From Balanoglossus misakiensis (Eukaryota; Animalia; Hemichordata), in contig CM082597.2 in assembly GCA_040954595.2 (NCBI GenBank), positions 3,148,265 to 3,212,264 on the forward strand: a DNA stretch of 64,000 nt. The letters are read 5' to 3'. A program made the translations under genes and the position numbers. Of this stretch, positions 44,501 through 55,963 are shown in pieces. Numbering within the stretch: the stretch's first letter is position 1; every line of letters starts with the position of its first letter. The notes under the pieces are model-generated. The model did not search any database. It worked only from the letters and a program-made list of their open reading frames with translations, and was not told the origin of the DNA.

Positions 44501-47500
44501 CTGAGGCCGCCAAGAAACTTCGCGAGCAGAGAGAGCACGAGAGACAGTCAAGAGTGCGACTGCAGAGACAGTTGGAGACTCTAAAACCCAGGAGTTCAGT
44601 GTCCGGCAGACACGCGGCAGCTGACAGCACTCCGACTATATTTGATTTGGTGAGTCCCGAAAAAAAAGATAGATGATTGGTTAAAGGTATACAGTCACTG
44701 CTAATTTGAAAATCCCCATATGTGATCAAAGGGCGTGACTAAGTCTTCGAATGACCATGTGGTGGTGCACTTTTTTTTTCTTGTGTGTCACCCACTGATA
44801 ATCTGTGACTGGCTTAATGATGAATGTGTACCTTTAATTGCCATCACCCAGACGATTGATTCAGACAAAGGATTATTTTCCGATTTGATACTCTTAGCTC
44901 TTACCTTTGAATGAATTTTTTTCTCTCTCTCTCTCTCTCTCTCTCACAGGAGGCTTCATACGAGCCAGCACCACAGACCCTACCGCCAATCCTGACCTCC
45001 GAGCAGGAATGCCTTCTGTTGACCATTCACTTGTCCAGCAACGGAGACGTGCTGGCCCACCGCAGCAGTGGGAACCGGAAAGTGGACAACACCACGGGAA
45101 TCTCCGCCACGCACGCCGTGCTCTTGACGTGGCTGCTGTCGCTGGTGCCCGAGAACTTCGACTTCTTGCAGAAGGAGACGCCGTCCGCCGCGCCGCAGAA
45201 GGTGGAACTGCGGTCGACGGAAGCGCCGTTCTGTGTCGTCGGGCTGCAGCAGCTCTGGCAGGAGAATTTCCTATCTCTGGCGGTGGCGGTCACGCCGAGG
45301 GATAACGCCGTGATCAAGACCACGGCCACGAAGAAGAAATCCCGAATGCGAGACGAGTTCAAGGATAGCTCCCCGTTCCAGCAGAGCGTCGCAAAGTTCC
45401 TCTCCACTAACACGATTCACACGGTCTGTCCGTGGTTGCAAGGCTTATTTGCATACGAGGTCGGGGGCAAAGGTCAGGTGCCGAAGTCGGCGACGGCTGA
45501 CAATACAGGAGTTCAGGCTGATGGTTCGTACAGACCGACACTGCCGGCTGTGACAACGAAACCGCTGTCTACGTTTATCTCGCAAAACCGGGACCCCCAG
45601 GCAGTAACAAATACCTTCGGGTCGTCTGTAGGATTCTTCTGGCAGACAGTCGACTGTGAGGAAAATTTACATGAGCAAGATGTGTGCGAAGAGTACAATG
45701 GCGATGCTGATATCCAGAATACGTTGAGTTTGATATATAAACATATCTATCGCAACCCGTACGCCATGATGGGCGTTTTGTACAGGGTGGTCCAAGAAGG
45801 CTTAGACCTTGCCGGTATTAGGGTGCTGTACCCGACGGGGAACTTTATCCCGAATGTCCATTCAGCGGTCAGTGTCAACGAGAAGAAGCCGGCCGGGGAA
45901 TCGGAGCATCCGCTGGACAGCGATCTGCAGACCATGAACACTGTTGGCGCTATCTTGGCCTTGGCGCTGCGAGGTCACCGCGCGAGGAGCAAGTGGCTGG
46001 ACGCGGTCGGGCCCTCGGATCCCCAGCTGGCCCGGCGCACCGACCCGAACTCCCTGTGCGCCAAGTACGGCGGGGAATCGCGCGACGAGGTCTGGCTGTT
46101 CTGTCCGCGCAACCCGGCGAGGATCAACTCGGAGCTGGCGCGCTGGTTCGGGGGTCGCGTCCCGCCGAGCGGTGTGATCGACGTCGGCGTGACCAATCCC
46201 TCGAGTCCGAACAGAAAGAAATCGAAGAAGGCTCACCCACAGGACGACCAAACCCTGGACACGGAATCGACGCATTCCCTCACGAGTCGACGCCCACCAG
46301 CGACGTTGACCGCGTCCACGGAGGGCGACGTCTTCCTGACTGTGTCGGCCCTTGTTCCGACGCAGTGCATCGGTGTCATCGTCGCTGAATGCCAGAACAG
46401 GGGATTTCAACTCCGAGGAATTCGTCGGGTCAGACTTAGTGTGAGGAGAGCTAATAACATGGGTAAGGACCACTGCATGGCATCAACATTTTTTACAGTC
46501 AAACAATTTGCAAGTCCAAATTCATGCAATCTTGTTTGATTCATATCTTGAACTTTGCATTATCAAACATAATCTTTCGACTTCATTCGTAATTGAAAAC
46601 CTACATGACATATTGTGTCTCTGTGTGCCTGTATTGATTTGTACATGTGCTAGCCATGTGTATTTTATCTGTGGCTGTGTACAGATATTGATGACACGGT
46701 ACAGTCCAACTCTATCTGTTGTGTTTCAACTGTTTGGTGACCATAGCAAAATCTGCTTTGATCTTTCTACAGGTATTATGGGCACCCAGCTGTCTGCTTT
46801 CTGCCCAGTGGCCTTTCCCATTCCCACATCACCCAAAAACCTGGAAGACGCCATCCAGGAGCAGTTGATGAGCGGTCCCAGTGCTTCTCGTCAGCCGCCA
46901 AGACCCGGAACCATCCTTCTGCTGAGGAAAGAAAATGCCACTCATCTTGTGCATTCCCTCATCGAAGCCTTGATGGTCAAATTATCACTGCTGGGTATGT
47001 AAGCAGATTTTTTTTTATAGGGGCAAAATCTCTCTCTCTCTGCCCTTTTCCCATTAATTAATGTGATACAAGACATCGTTTATGTTATTCTACATGTGGA
47101 TATACCAAGTCCATTACTTTAGCCCACAGCAAAATCACACAGCTAAATTGTTTTATCTCATTTTCTACTGCAGGATTGCTTGGTGAGATACAACACAGCC
47201 ACGACGACCAGGTGAAATCCTGCCACTGTTTCCACGCCACGCCCTTCAGCGACAGCCTGCTGCAGACGCTGGGCGGAGACTTCTGCCACACCCCGCACCA
47301 CGAGACCCGATCGGCCATGGCCGCCGCGTCGGGTTACTTCTACTCCAGTGCCGAGCTGGAACAGGTGGTCGTGATCACATTGACTGGTGTGCCCACCATG
47401 AAGAGTATCGGTAACACCCTGGGTAAAATCCTGGGTGTGACGGATCAGGTAAGCTATTGCCCTTAACCCTCTCACCTCAATGGTTTGGCCCAAATCCATT

Positions 47501-50500
47501 GTTTTCTATGGTAGAGTTGGACCCCTGTAGAGGGAACTGGGGTGAAACGGGTAAATGAAAACTTTCATAAGAATGGATACTTACCAGCAAAACATCATTA
47601 TACATCTAGTGCTTCTTCATAATAAAAAAAATATAAAGCAAATAGCAACATTGTGCCAGTCAACTGGCTGTAATAAAAGTGTAAGGGTTATTTTCCTTGT
47701 CTGTTCCATGCATATCCTTGCTTGTGAAATTACTCATATTGCACCAAAACTTAATGTTAATTTGGGTAGAGTATTCAGTATACAGCATAACCATATCCAG
47801 TCATTTGGTTTACCATGTGCATGTTTTAATGCCAATGGTCATATGTGTTTTGCAGGCGGGTGATACTACAGCTGATCTAGAATTGCTGGGCGTCAAGTGG
47901 TTGCCGGTGTTGTCCACGGCCCAGGCCAAAGAGATCACTCCGTTCGAAGTCGGCGACAAACACTGGCACGCCAGCATTCGGACGTTGATGTCGTCGCCCA
48001 CGCTCCTCTGCGTCCTGCGCGGCATCAACGCCTTCCAGAAGCTGCAGTCCGTCTTGAAGATCCCCAAGTCGGTCACGGGCACCACGCTGCGCGGCGCCCC
48101 GCTGACCACCCTGATGTCGCCGTCGGCCGAGGTCGCCTACCGCCAGGCGGCGCTCTTCTTCAACTCCCGGGAGCTGTTCGCCGACCCGACCGTCCGTGCC
48201 AACCTCCGGTATCTTCCCCCCGTGCGCACGGGCCACATCGTGACTCCGGGGACCCCGGGAAGTCCGACGGACTACTGGACCAACGACGACGGGCCGGTCG
48301 GCAAACCCAACAAGAGTAAAGGCCATCGAGGCAGGCACAGGGCAACTAACATCGTCTATGTTGAGGAAGCCATCTTTGATACAATGCTCTCGGGTAATTA
48401 TATGCATGTATTGTAACCCCACTGTGGAGCAAACTTATGAAAAAAAAAGCTTTTTTTGTCTCTACCAAGAATCAAAAGCTGGTGTGAGTTATGAAGAAAT
48501 TACATTGCAACTGCACAAAATGTAACACTAAAAAGATCATTACCATACTTCATAATGGCCATTTTCGCACTATTTTCCTTCAGGCCCAAGACCACTGACT
48601 ACATTACTTGTCATAAAACCAGACGCGTTCCAGCGCCACCTGGGTAAAATTCTGAAGCGTGTCTGCCAGGAATCGTTCAATGTGGTGGCTATGAGATTAG
48701 AAATGTTGTCGGCTGACGAAGCCAAAGTATTAGTACCACCCTGTGACATGCAGGTAAGCTCATAGAATATGACACATCGAATATTGAATTAATGTTGAAC
48801 CACTGTGAACTTTTCATAATTTACTTACTTCTGTAAGCTGAATTTGGAAAATTGTCAATACAATACATGTATGACTTTTGTCTTTACTTCAGAATGAGAT
48901 ATTGTGCAATATGCACGTTGATTACTTGACGTCCGCCCCAGTCCTGATACTCTGTCTACAGCGAGAGAACGCGGTAAAGAAACTCTTGGATCTGATTGGT
49001 CCAGTCGACCCACAAGCGGCCAAGAAAACCAATCAGTTTCTTTGGAGGAGTCTGTTTGGTGTTGACCCAGTCACCAATGGTCTTCATGGTATGATTTTTT
49101 AACACGGAGTTATTGCAAAATTTATTCCAGCAAAGGCTCTTCTTATGTCTGTCATCATACATATTACATGTAGTATACCAGTGTTCTTACAATCCTTGGA
49201 GTGGTGGTCGGTATTTAATATTCACAAACTTATTAATATTCATAACCTCATTAATATTTTTTTTATTGTTACCAGCCTCTTTCAGCTACAGTGCATCTGT
49301 CATGGAACAGAAACTTTTCTTCCCAAATGGTCTGTGTTGTTTGGAGACGCCCGATCTGAAGGCAGAGAAGGTAAGATTTAGGTCAGAGCCATGTTGATGA
49401 CATGCAGACAGATGTGTAAAACGATTGTACAGGTCTGTTAAATTATAATATAAATCCTAGCATTATATCTTGATGGCTTACAGTGGTGAGAGATTGATTG
49501 GAAATGTCTAATATCAAGACTTTCCTCCACAGATCACCTCTCCTGCGCATGATCCTATCATTGACAATGGTTTACACAACAAGTACAAGTTTATATTGAA
49601 GGACACTTCAAGAGATGGTCATTCCTCTTCTAGTGTGTCTCAGTCGAGTTCTTCGTCAAGTACAAGGAGTATGGGTAAGGAAATAATTGAGAACATTCCT
49701 ACATGTTACTGCATTTATTTACACCCCTGTGCAGATGGACTCAATCACAAGATTGCTTTAATTGAATTTGGCATATTACCGCCACAGTTGTCACATTACG
49801 AAAGTCCTAAATAGTCATTTGTTGAATGAAGGTGCTGGCTTTTTGCTGAAGTCACAAAGTTGATGCTGTAGGGTTTCTGTGCATGTAAAACTTCTTAAAG
49901 GGGTATACGTACAGTTGAAAGGCCATGTCTAAGTATTCTGGTAATAACTATAGCCATCCAAGGTGATCGGGTAGATGCCCACTCTTCTGTAGTGACTGTA
50001 CTTGAAATACTCTTGTTTCTTCGCCAGGTACGAGTACGAGCAGCCTGGACCTGTCCCCCATCCACACATCCCTGTGTCAAACCAACTGCCTGGTCGTCAT
50101 GCCCCAGCTGCAGATGTCCACAGCCAGGAATAAGAAACAAGGCTATGTACAGCTGATCGACGGTCTCACAGCCCTCGGATTTGACATTGTAGCCATAAGG
50201 ATGGTGTGGTTCACTCCCCAGCAGGCGCGACATTTTGTTTCCATGACATCCACACCGAACCCTCACATGGTGAGTGGTAATTCACCCTCTGATTGTCATT
50301 TTTGTCATTTTGCCCCATTTTCACGTGTACATTTGGGGATGGTAAATTGTAATGGTTATTTTTGTTCAGTTTCTGTTCATTGTTTATATCATTTGGATTT
50401 TCAATTCCTCTTCCCAGGCTGAAGTGCTTTGCCAAGGACCGTGTATTGTAATAGCAGTACAGAGAGACAATGCCATTACTTGCTTCGATCAGCTACTTAC

Positions 50501-51062
50501 CAGGTACAGTACAACTCAGTCTATTTACAGACCATTGCTCCTTTTCCAACTGGTTAACATAATAGGCCAGTAAGACTGTCTGCCATGTAAGAACATATCA
50601 GAAAACAAAATAAGAGAACACGAAAATTAATCCTCGCAAAACAGCTGCCTCTGTTGATATCGCATAAATTTCCTGTCGCACAAATAACCCATTTTACAGT
50701 ATACGTTCTGATGTGTCCCATTCGCTTTGTGTTTTCAGTCCATACCAGGGTGACTCTTTGCTGATGAAGTATGGTCAGCTTATCATGAGAGCTAAGAATG
50801 TTCCCCAGGTACAGTAAAGGAAACATTACCTTCTACATATGACCATATATGTTTAAAAACTATGTCCATGGTGCACATTTTTCTACATGTGGTCACCGAA
50901 GTAAAAAAAAATTGATTCACACTAAAATACATCGAGTGATCTTGTCCTGTTCACAAATTAAAGTAAGTGTTGTCCTGTCTATTTCAGGCGTCCAGATTCC
51001 TGGAGTTCTTCTTCGACAAACTGATGCCAAACAGTCAGGGCGAGTTCGTACTGGCCAAGTAA
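41509..51062 (+). CDS. DNAAF8: Dynein axonemal assembly factor 8 (C16orf71/Daap1)-like protein with multiple C-terminal NDK-like domains
   Basis: N-terminal LDSIFAEVQASLPSIDFD..EEEISIFNR, LMDKLAQLCLQQS and TVFLDLRD resemble C16orf71 motifs. Compatible GT-AG exons continue through 44950-46461 and later exons with NDK-fold motifs (TLLVIKPDAF..NGLHAS) to TAA 51060-51062. Lies head-to-head with ANKS3. Confidence 0.8.
43155..43315. mobile_element. 161-bp MITE (family C)
   Basis: TIRs CAGTGTGCCCTATAA / TTAGAGGGCACACTG; an inverted partial copy lies at about 41285-41425. Confidence 0.7.
44274..44331 (+). mobile_element. MITE family A partial copy in a DNAAF8 intron
   Basis: GAGGTCCAACTTTACCATAGAAAACAA core. 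Confidence 0.65.
47463..47554 (-). mobile_element. MITE family A copy in a DNAAF8 intron
   Basis: TTAACCCT...CCATTGTTTTCTATGGTAGAGTTGGACC...GGAACTGGGGTGAAA, reverse orientation. Confidence 0.75.
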
Positions 51063-51802
51063 ACCCATGCTGTGTCTGCCATGCAGGGTGACACCAAAAC
51101 TTACCATTATATAGGTGCCACAAATTAATATTCCAAAAGCAGTGGATTTACACCAAAAAACTTTTCCGATTCACATCACCATAAACTGTACTTACCTTAT
51201 GCTTAACAGATACCCATCCGCTGTGTAGCTGTTTTCAACCACTGTATATTGATTTTTTTTTTCAAGCAAGGATGGGGTCTTTAACCCTAAATGAATTTTT
51301 TCTCTCTGTAAATATTGTATGTAAATTGGCGTTCAATTGGTCAGCATTGTTTTATAAATATGTATTTAATTATAAGACAATTTATTCACCCTCATACAAA
51401 TGTACAGATCCTTTGTGGTCCCATTCCATCCAATATATCAATTCCATCCAATTGCAAAACTTGAGTGATATTTACCTACTCTTCTGCGGCAATACCTGAA
51501 CAAATATGTATGTTTTGCTAATTAAATGAAGACATTATTTTATGAAATCCTCATGGGTAAAATTGTACATTTAAATTTTCTATAAAACCAATTTTGATAC
51601 ATATTCCAGTTCGTATTTTTTTATAGTTTATATGCCCTCAGTAATTAAATCTAACTTCAGAAACAAAGCAAATGCTTTGTTCTGTAGAAAACTTATGTAA
51701 CTTTTACGTTTGAATGAATTTGTATATACAAATGTTGTGAAAACTTTTTTTAGCCTGTACAGTGTAATTAATAGCTGTACCTCTTTTTGAATGTTTTGAA
51801 TG

Positions 51803-51903
51803 AAATTTGTTTGTGAACTAATGTTATAGTTGTGACTGTTTTGAACAAGTATAAAATTTGTTTGTGAACTAATGTTATAGTTGTGACTGTTTTGAACAAG
51901 TAT
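51803..51903. repeat. 51-bp direct tandem duplication (2 copies)
   Basis: AAATTTGTTTGTGAACTAATGTTATAGTTGTGACTGTTTTGAACAAGTAT occurs twice, in the presumed DNAAF8 3' UTR. Confidence 0.9.
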
Positions 51904-52643
51904 CAGGTGGTACATTCAAACTTCAAGGCTTTTTATATCCTGGAATTGATATTGTTATATGACTATTGTTTTCTGCATAGCCCAGTGTTCTTTTGTTATC
52001 ATCACCATTGTAAAAGAGCAATAAAATCACAAAGATTTATGAGGGAATCATAGTTTTACTATTTCCCTTAATAAGTAAGCCTGACATTCCCAGTTATACA
52101 CATTTTCATGTTATTCTTTACTATCAATCACGTGATCTGACCATGTGACCCATGGCGTTGTCATTTCCAGGTGACGGGCAAGCAATATTTGAATATCATT
52201 TCAAATAAGTACCTTTACATGTAGTCTCCAGGGGGAGCTTAGTCCAACTTAAGTATTGAAAATGCCTTTATACTTGTATTACCAGTAAAAGGCCGACGAA
52301 TTGTCCTAAGGAAATCAGCGAGTCATATTACACTTTTTAGAGTATTCATAACACCTTTTGCTTGCCTTGTGAAATGCAAAGGTGCCAATAACGGCTATGA
52401 TATGACTATCGCACATTTATAAACGTATCATTTTACAACTCTTCTGGGTCTCATAATCTTTCTATTGGCACTTTGCAACAGAATTGGAAATTTAATAGCA
52501 GAAAAAAAAAAACATTCCCACGCCAAGATTTCATTGGAGACGGCTTAAACGCGTTGATGACTAATTGCAGGTAAAACCGAGGAAGGCTAGGACATTTGAA
52601 TTCACAGTGAAGCGTGGAAGAGTCTCTGAAAACACTTATCTAA

Positions 52644-54423
52644 ATGAAAATGGTGGCTATTGTACGTATAGTCTTGGTGGCAGCCGTGATCACAACTCTT
52701 GCATGTGTGGTACACGCCTCTGCTACTGTGGAGAATGGTACGTAGATTGCTTTCTTGTAAGTGGTGTCTAATGTGGTTGATATCACATGGTTTTCTGATG
52801 TTTGCAATGATGTACATTGTAGCAGTTACACTACAGTGTAATACAAAGTAACATCCATAATGATGTACATTGTAGCAGTTACACAACAGTGTAATACAAA
52901 GTAAGAACCACATTGTTTGCAATGATGTACATTGTAGCAGTTACACAACAGTGTAATACAAAGTAACAACCACATTGTTTGCAATGATGTACATTGTAGC
53001 AGTTACACCACAGTGTAATACAAAGTAACAACCACATTGTTTGCAATGATGTACATTGTTACGACATAGCAGTTACTGAGTTACATGTGCCTCTATGTAC
53101 AATGTATGTAAAGTGTGCCCTTCATAGTGATAAGGCTTGGTTACTTTGGGTGACTTTTAGGTAATGAAGACCCTCAGAAAATACTGTGTGGGCAGACTGA
53201 CGCAATTCAGCAGCTCCATGAAATTGTATCAGTGTTGTCAATGCGGGTACAAGAAATGCTACAATCGCCCGGTAAGAATTCCTCTATTGTGAGTTTGAAA
53301 CTAATTTCGAGTAAGTAAATATAATTCAGTATGTATGTATGTATGTATGTATGTAAAGTTATCAATGGATGGATGGACATGTAGTTACAAGTTACATTCC
53401 TTCCTGAGTTTGTGAGTCTATAAGCATAAGTCGACATGTCCACTACAGTGAAGAATAAACATTTTCTGGATCGACGTCAACTGGATAATAATTGTCTCTT
53501 TTGTGATTGTAGCTTGCCCGTCAGGGTGGGAAAGGTTCAGAAAGAGTTGTTATTTTGGATACTCCTATGAAATGTACACATATGAAGACGCCATGACTGT
53601 GTGTGAAGGGATGAATAGTACTCTGGTCATTATTAACGATGCAGAAGAGAATTTACATGTGAAAGGTAGGAAGGAGAAGGGGAAAGGAAAATAGTGACAG
53701 TGACAATGTGCTCCCATTTGATCAAAATTGATACATGAAAAAATGACATGTAGGATACATATCCATTATAGTTGGTTTATACTTTTCAATCCATCTGACT
53801 AGTGCTTTCTTAAAATGTGCATTTTTGACTAATAAAGAGACAGAAATTTTCCACCAAATACAATATTACTACGTTGCAAAATTTCGCTTGAATGAATGGG
53901 GTGAAACATAAACATAGATGATTGTGTAAGACGTTGTTTTCAACTTTTATGATTTCATAGGGTATACAAAGGACAGATATAGTCTTTGGATCGGGTTGAA
54001 CGATAGAGAAGAGGAAGGCAAATTTGTGTGGATAGGTGAATCGTCGGTAAGTTCGTTGATTCAAGTTGTGTGTTATTTTGCTATGGTTCATTTGTGCCTG
54101 GGATCTTATTGGCAGCCCAATGAAGCCATAGGCTTCCATCATCGGCGCAGTTTTTTTACCTTCAAGCATTTAAAGTTTGTTTGACGACACTATTCATGTA
54201 CTTATAAAACCGAACAGATCTTGGGTGAGTTTTAAAGCACATATTTCTATTTTTATTACAGTCAAGCTACACTAACTGGAACCCTGGTGAACCAAACAAT
54301 AATAGAGGCGTGGAGGATTGCGCAGAACTATATATAACTGGCGTGTGGAACGATGATGGCTGTTCCGATCGTAATGGTTTTGTTTGTGAGAAAGGTGTCA
54401 TGTATTATGCACGTCATCTGTAA
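52644..54423 (+). CDS. Secreted C-type lectin (perlucin-like), EPN/WND type
   Basis: Exons 52644-52737 (signal peptide MKMVAIVRIVLVAAVITTLACVVHA), 53161-53271 (neck), 53513-53665 (CPSGW..CY), 53961-54046 (WIGLNDREEEGKFVW), 54262-54423 (YTNWNPGEPN..EDC..WNDDGC..FVCEK). Confidence 0.88.
52799..53058. repeat. About 62-bp minisatellite, about 4 copies, in lectin intron 1
   Basis: Unit AATGATGTACATTGTAGCAGTTACACAACAGTGTAATACAAAGTAACAACCACATTGTTTGC starts at 52807, 52859, 52921, 52983 and 53045; no spacers. Confidence 0.92.
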
Positions 54424-54649
54424 TAATTATAGCATATGTAATTGTACTATTGGATGATTTCCTTTTCGTGGTTTTATAGGAACAAGCAACCATTGTTCGA
54501 AAGAATGTGTGGAGTTACCTTAACTTATCTTTTATATGATAATGGCATGTATTTTGTATACAATTGTGAAATCATTTATATGAACCTCACTACGTGTTCA
54601 ATTCAAGCCTGCCCTTTGCATATTCTATCTTAGTGTTGTTTTTTCTTTG

Positions 54650-55074
54650 ATGGATGAAATTTGGCTGAAACTCTCTCAAATGACAACCAAACGGCTATTG
54701 AAGCTGTTGAAACTCTTTCACACAGCATCTAAGATTGTTGGGAGACCCACGCCGGTTCTCTCTCAGCTTACCGATAATGCAACACTGAGGGAAGCTTGTG
54801 CGATCACTGTTGATGTAAACCATCCTTTGTATTCCTGCTTTGAAATGTTACCCTCAGGTTGTAGATATCGTCGTCTCAAGTGTTCAAAGCTGAGGATCAG
54901 CTTTGTGCCAATGGCAATCGGAAAACTCAATCCCTGACATGTGTATATTTCTGTCATCTATGTGATTTTGTTGTCAGTGTTTCTGTGTGGTTTTACTCGG
55001 TAATTTTCAATTTTACCGTTAAGCTGTATTAGTGAATTATACTTTTAGGACAATAAATGCAATAATAATAATAA
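54650..55074 (+). mobile_element. 5'-truncated LINE (Rex1/Babar- or L2-like) 3' end
   Basis: ORF remnant TASKIVG..HPLYSCFEMLPSGCRYRRLKC..ISFVPMAIGKLN resembles the typical RT C-terminus (HP..F.LLPSGRRYR...SF.P.AI..LN); followed by AATAAA and an (AAT)n tail. Confidence 0.75.
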
Positions 55075-55266
55075 TCTAGAGTTCGTGGCTCCAATGTTTC
55101 AAACAAAAGATGGCTTTGAAGTCTTTAGGGAACCTCCGAAGATGGGAACAGTGGAATGGATGATGTATCAGACACACAGACATAACGCATGCTGGCTGAG
55201 TCTGGCTACTTTTACATGCATGTTGGTTACAGCCATGCTATTACTGCAGAGTTCTTTGTGATACTA

Positions 55267-55359
55267 TTAACCTTTTCACCCCCAGTTCCATCGTTAGAGG
55301 CCCCATCTTACCATAGAGAACAATGGGGTTGGACTGAACCATGGTGGTGAAAGGGTTAA
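55267..55359 (+). mobile_element. MITE family A full copy with TTAA at both ends
   Basis: TTAACCTTTTCACC...GGTGAAAGGGTTAA. Confidence 0.8.
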
Positions 55360-55963
55360 ATCACTCGAACACTCGTTAGATAAATGGAGAAGTGTCAAGT
55401 CAGGCAGTCACAGGGTATGTATTTACTGAAAACTTAATGCCAAGTGCAGGCCATATTGAAGCTTGTAACACACGAATTTAAAGTGGTAAAAAGTAGATAT
55501 TTATTCAACATAGTGGCGACTTTCACATTAATGATAGTAAATAAAGGTAATTACTATAAAAAGATAAGTGTAAGGAACATCGAAATCTTCCAACTGTGGC
55601 CCTATCCCATACATCTAGGTAAATAAATACAACATACTATGCACTACAACTAACATAGTCCAATTCTCAGTGCATATGAAAGTTTGCTACAAAATAATGA
55701 TTTCCTGGAATGTTACAAGTCACTTCAAAGCCTAAAAAAATGTTTGTGAAATTTTAAATTGATGATTCTGAAACGGAATTGCATCATAGAAGTACATGTA
55801 TTTATGTCTTTCTTCTCAATGTGAATATAGGATTTCATGTGTAACAGCAAATACTTAAACATGTACTTTCACACAAGGCTTGACTTGTATTGCTCCTTAG
55901 CAACCGTTGCTATGGTAATCAACCAAGTCTCGCGAGATCTCGCAGTGAGCTATAAGTCACATT

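Noticed and set aside
45862-48422. Long antisense and alternative-frame ORFs over DNAAF8 exons (similar ones over SC5D, ANKS3, IGSF9 and the NHL gene)
   Set aside because: Expected shadows of GC3-rich coding exons; no recognisable domains.
52799-53058. Possible CRISPR-like array
   Set aside because: Units are contiguous with no unique spacers, in a eukaryotic intron; an ordinary minisatellite.
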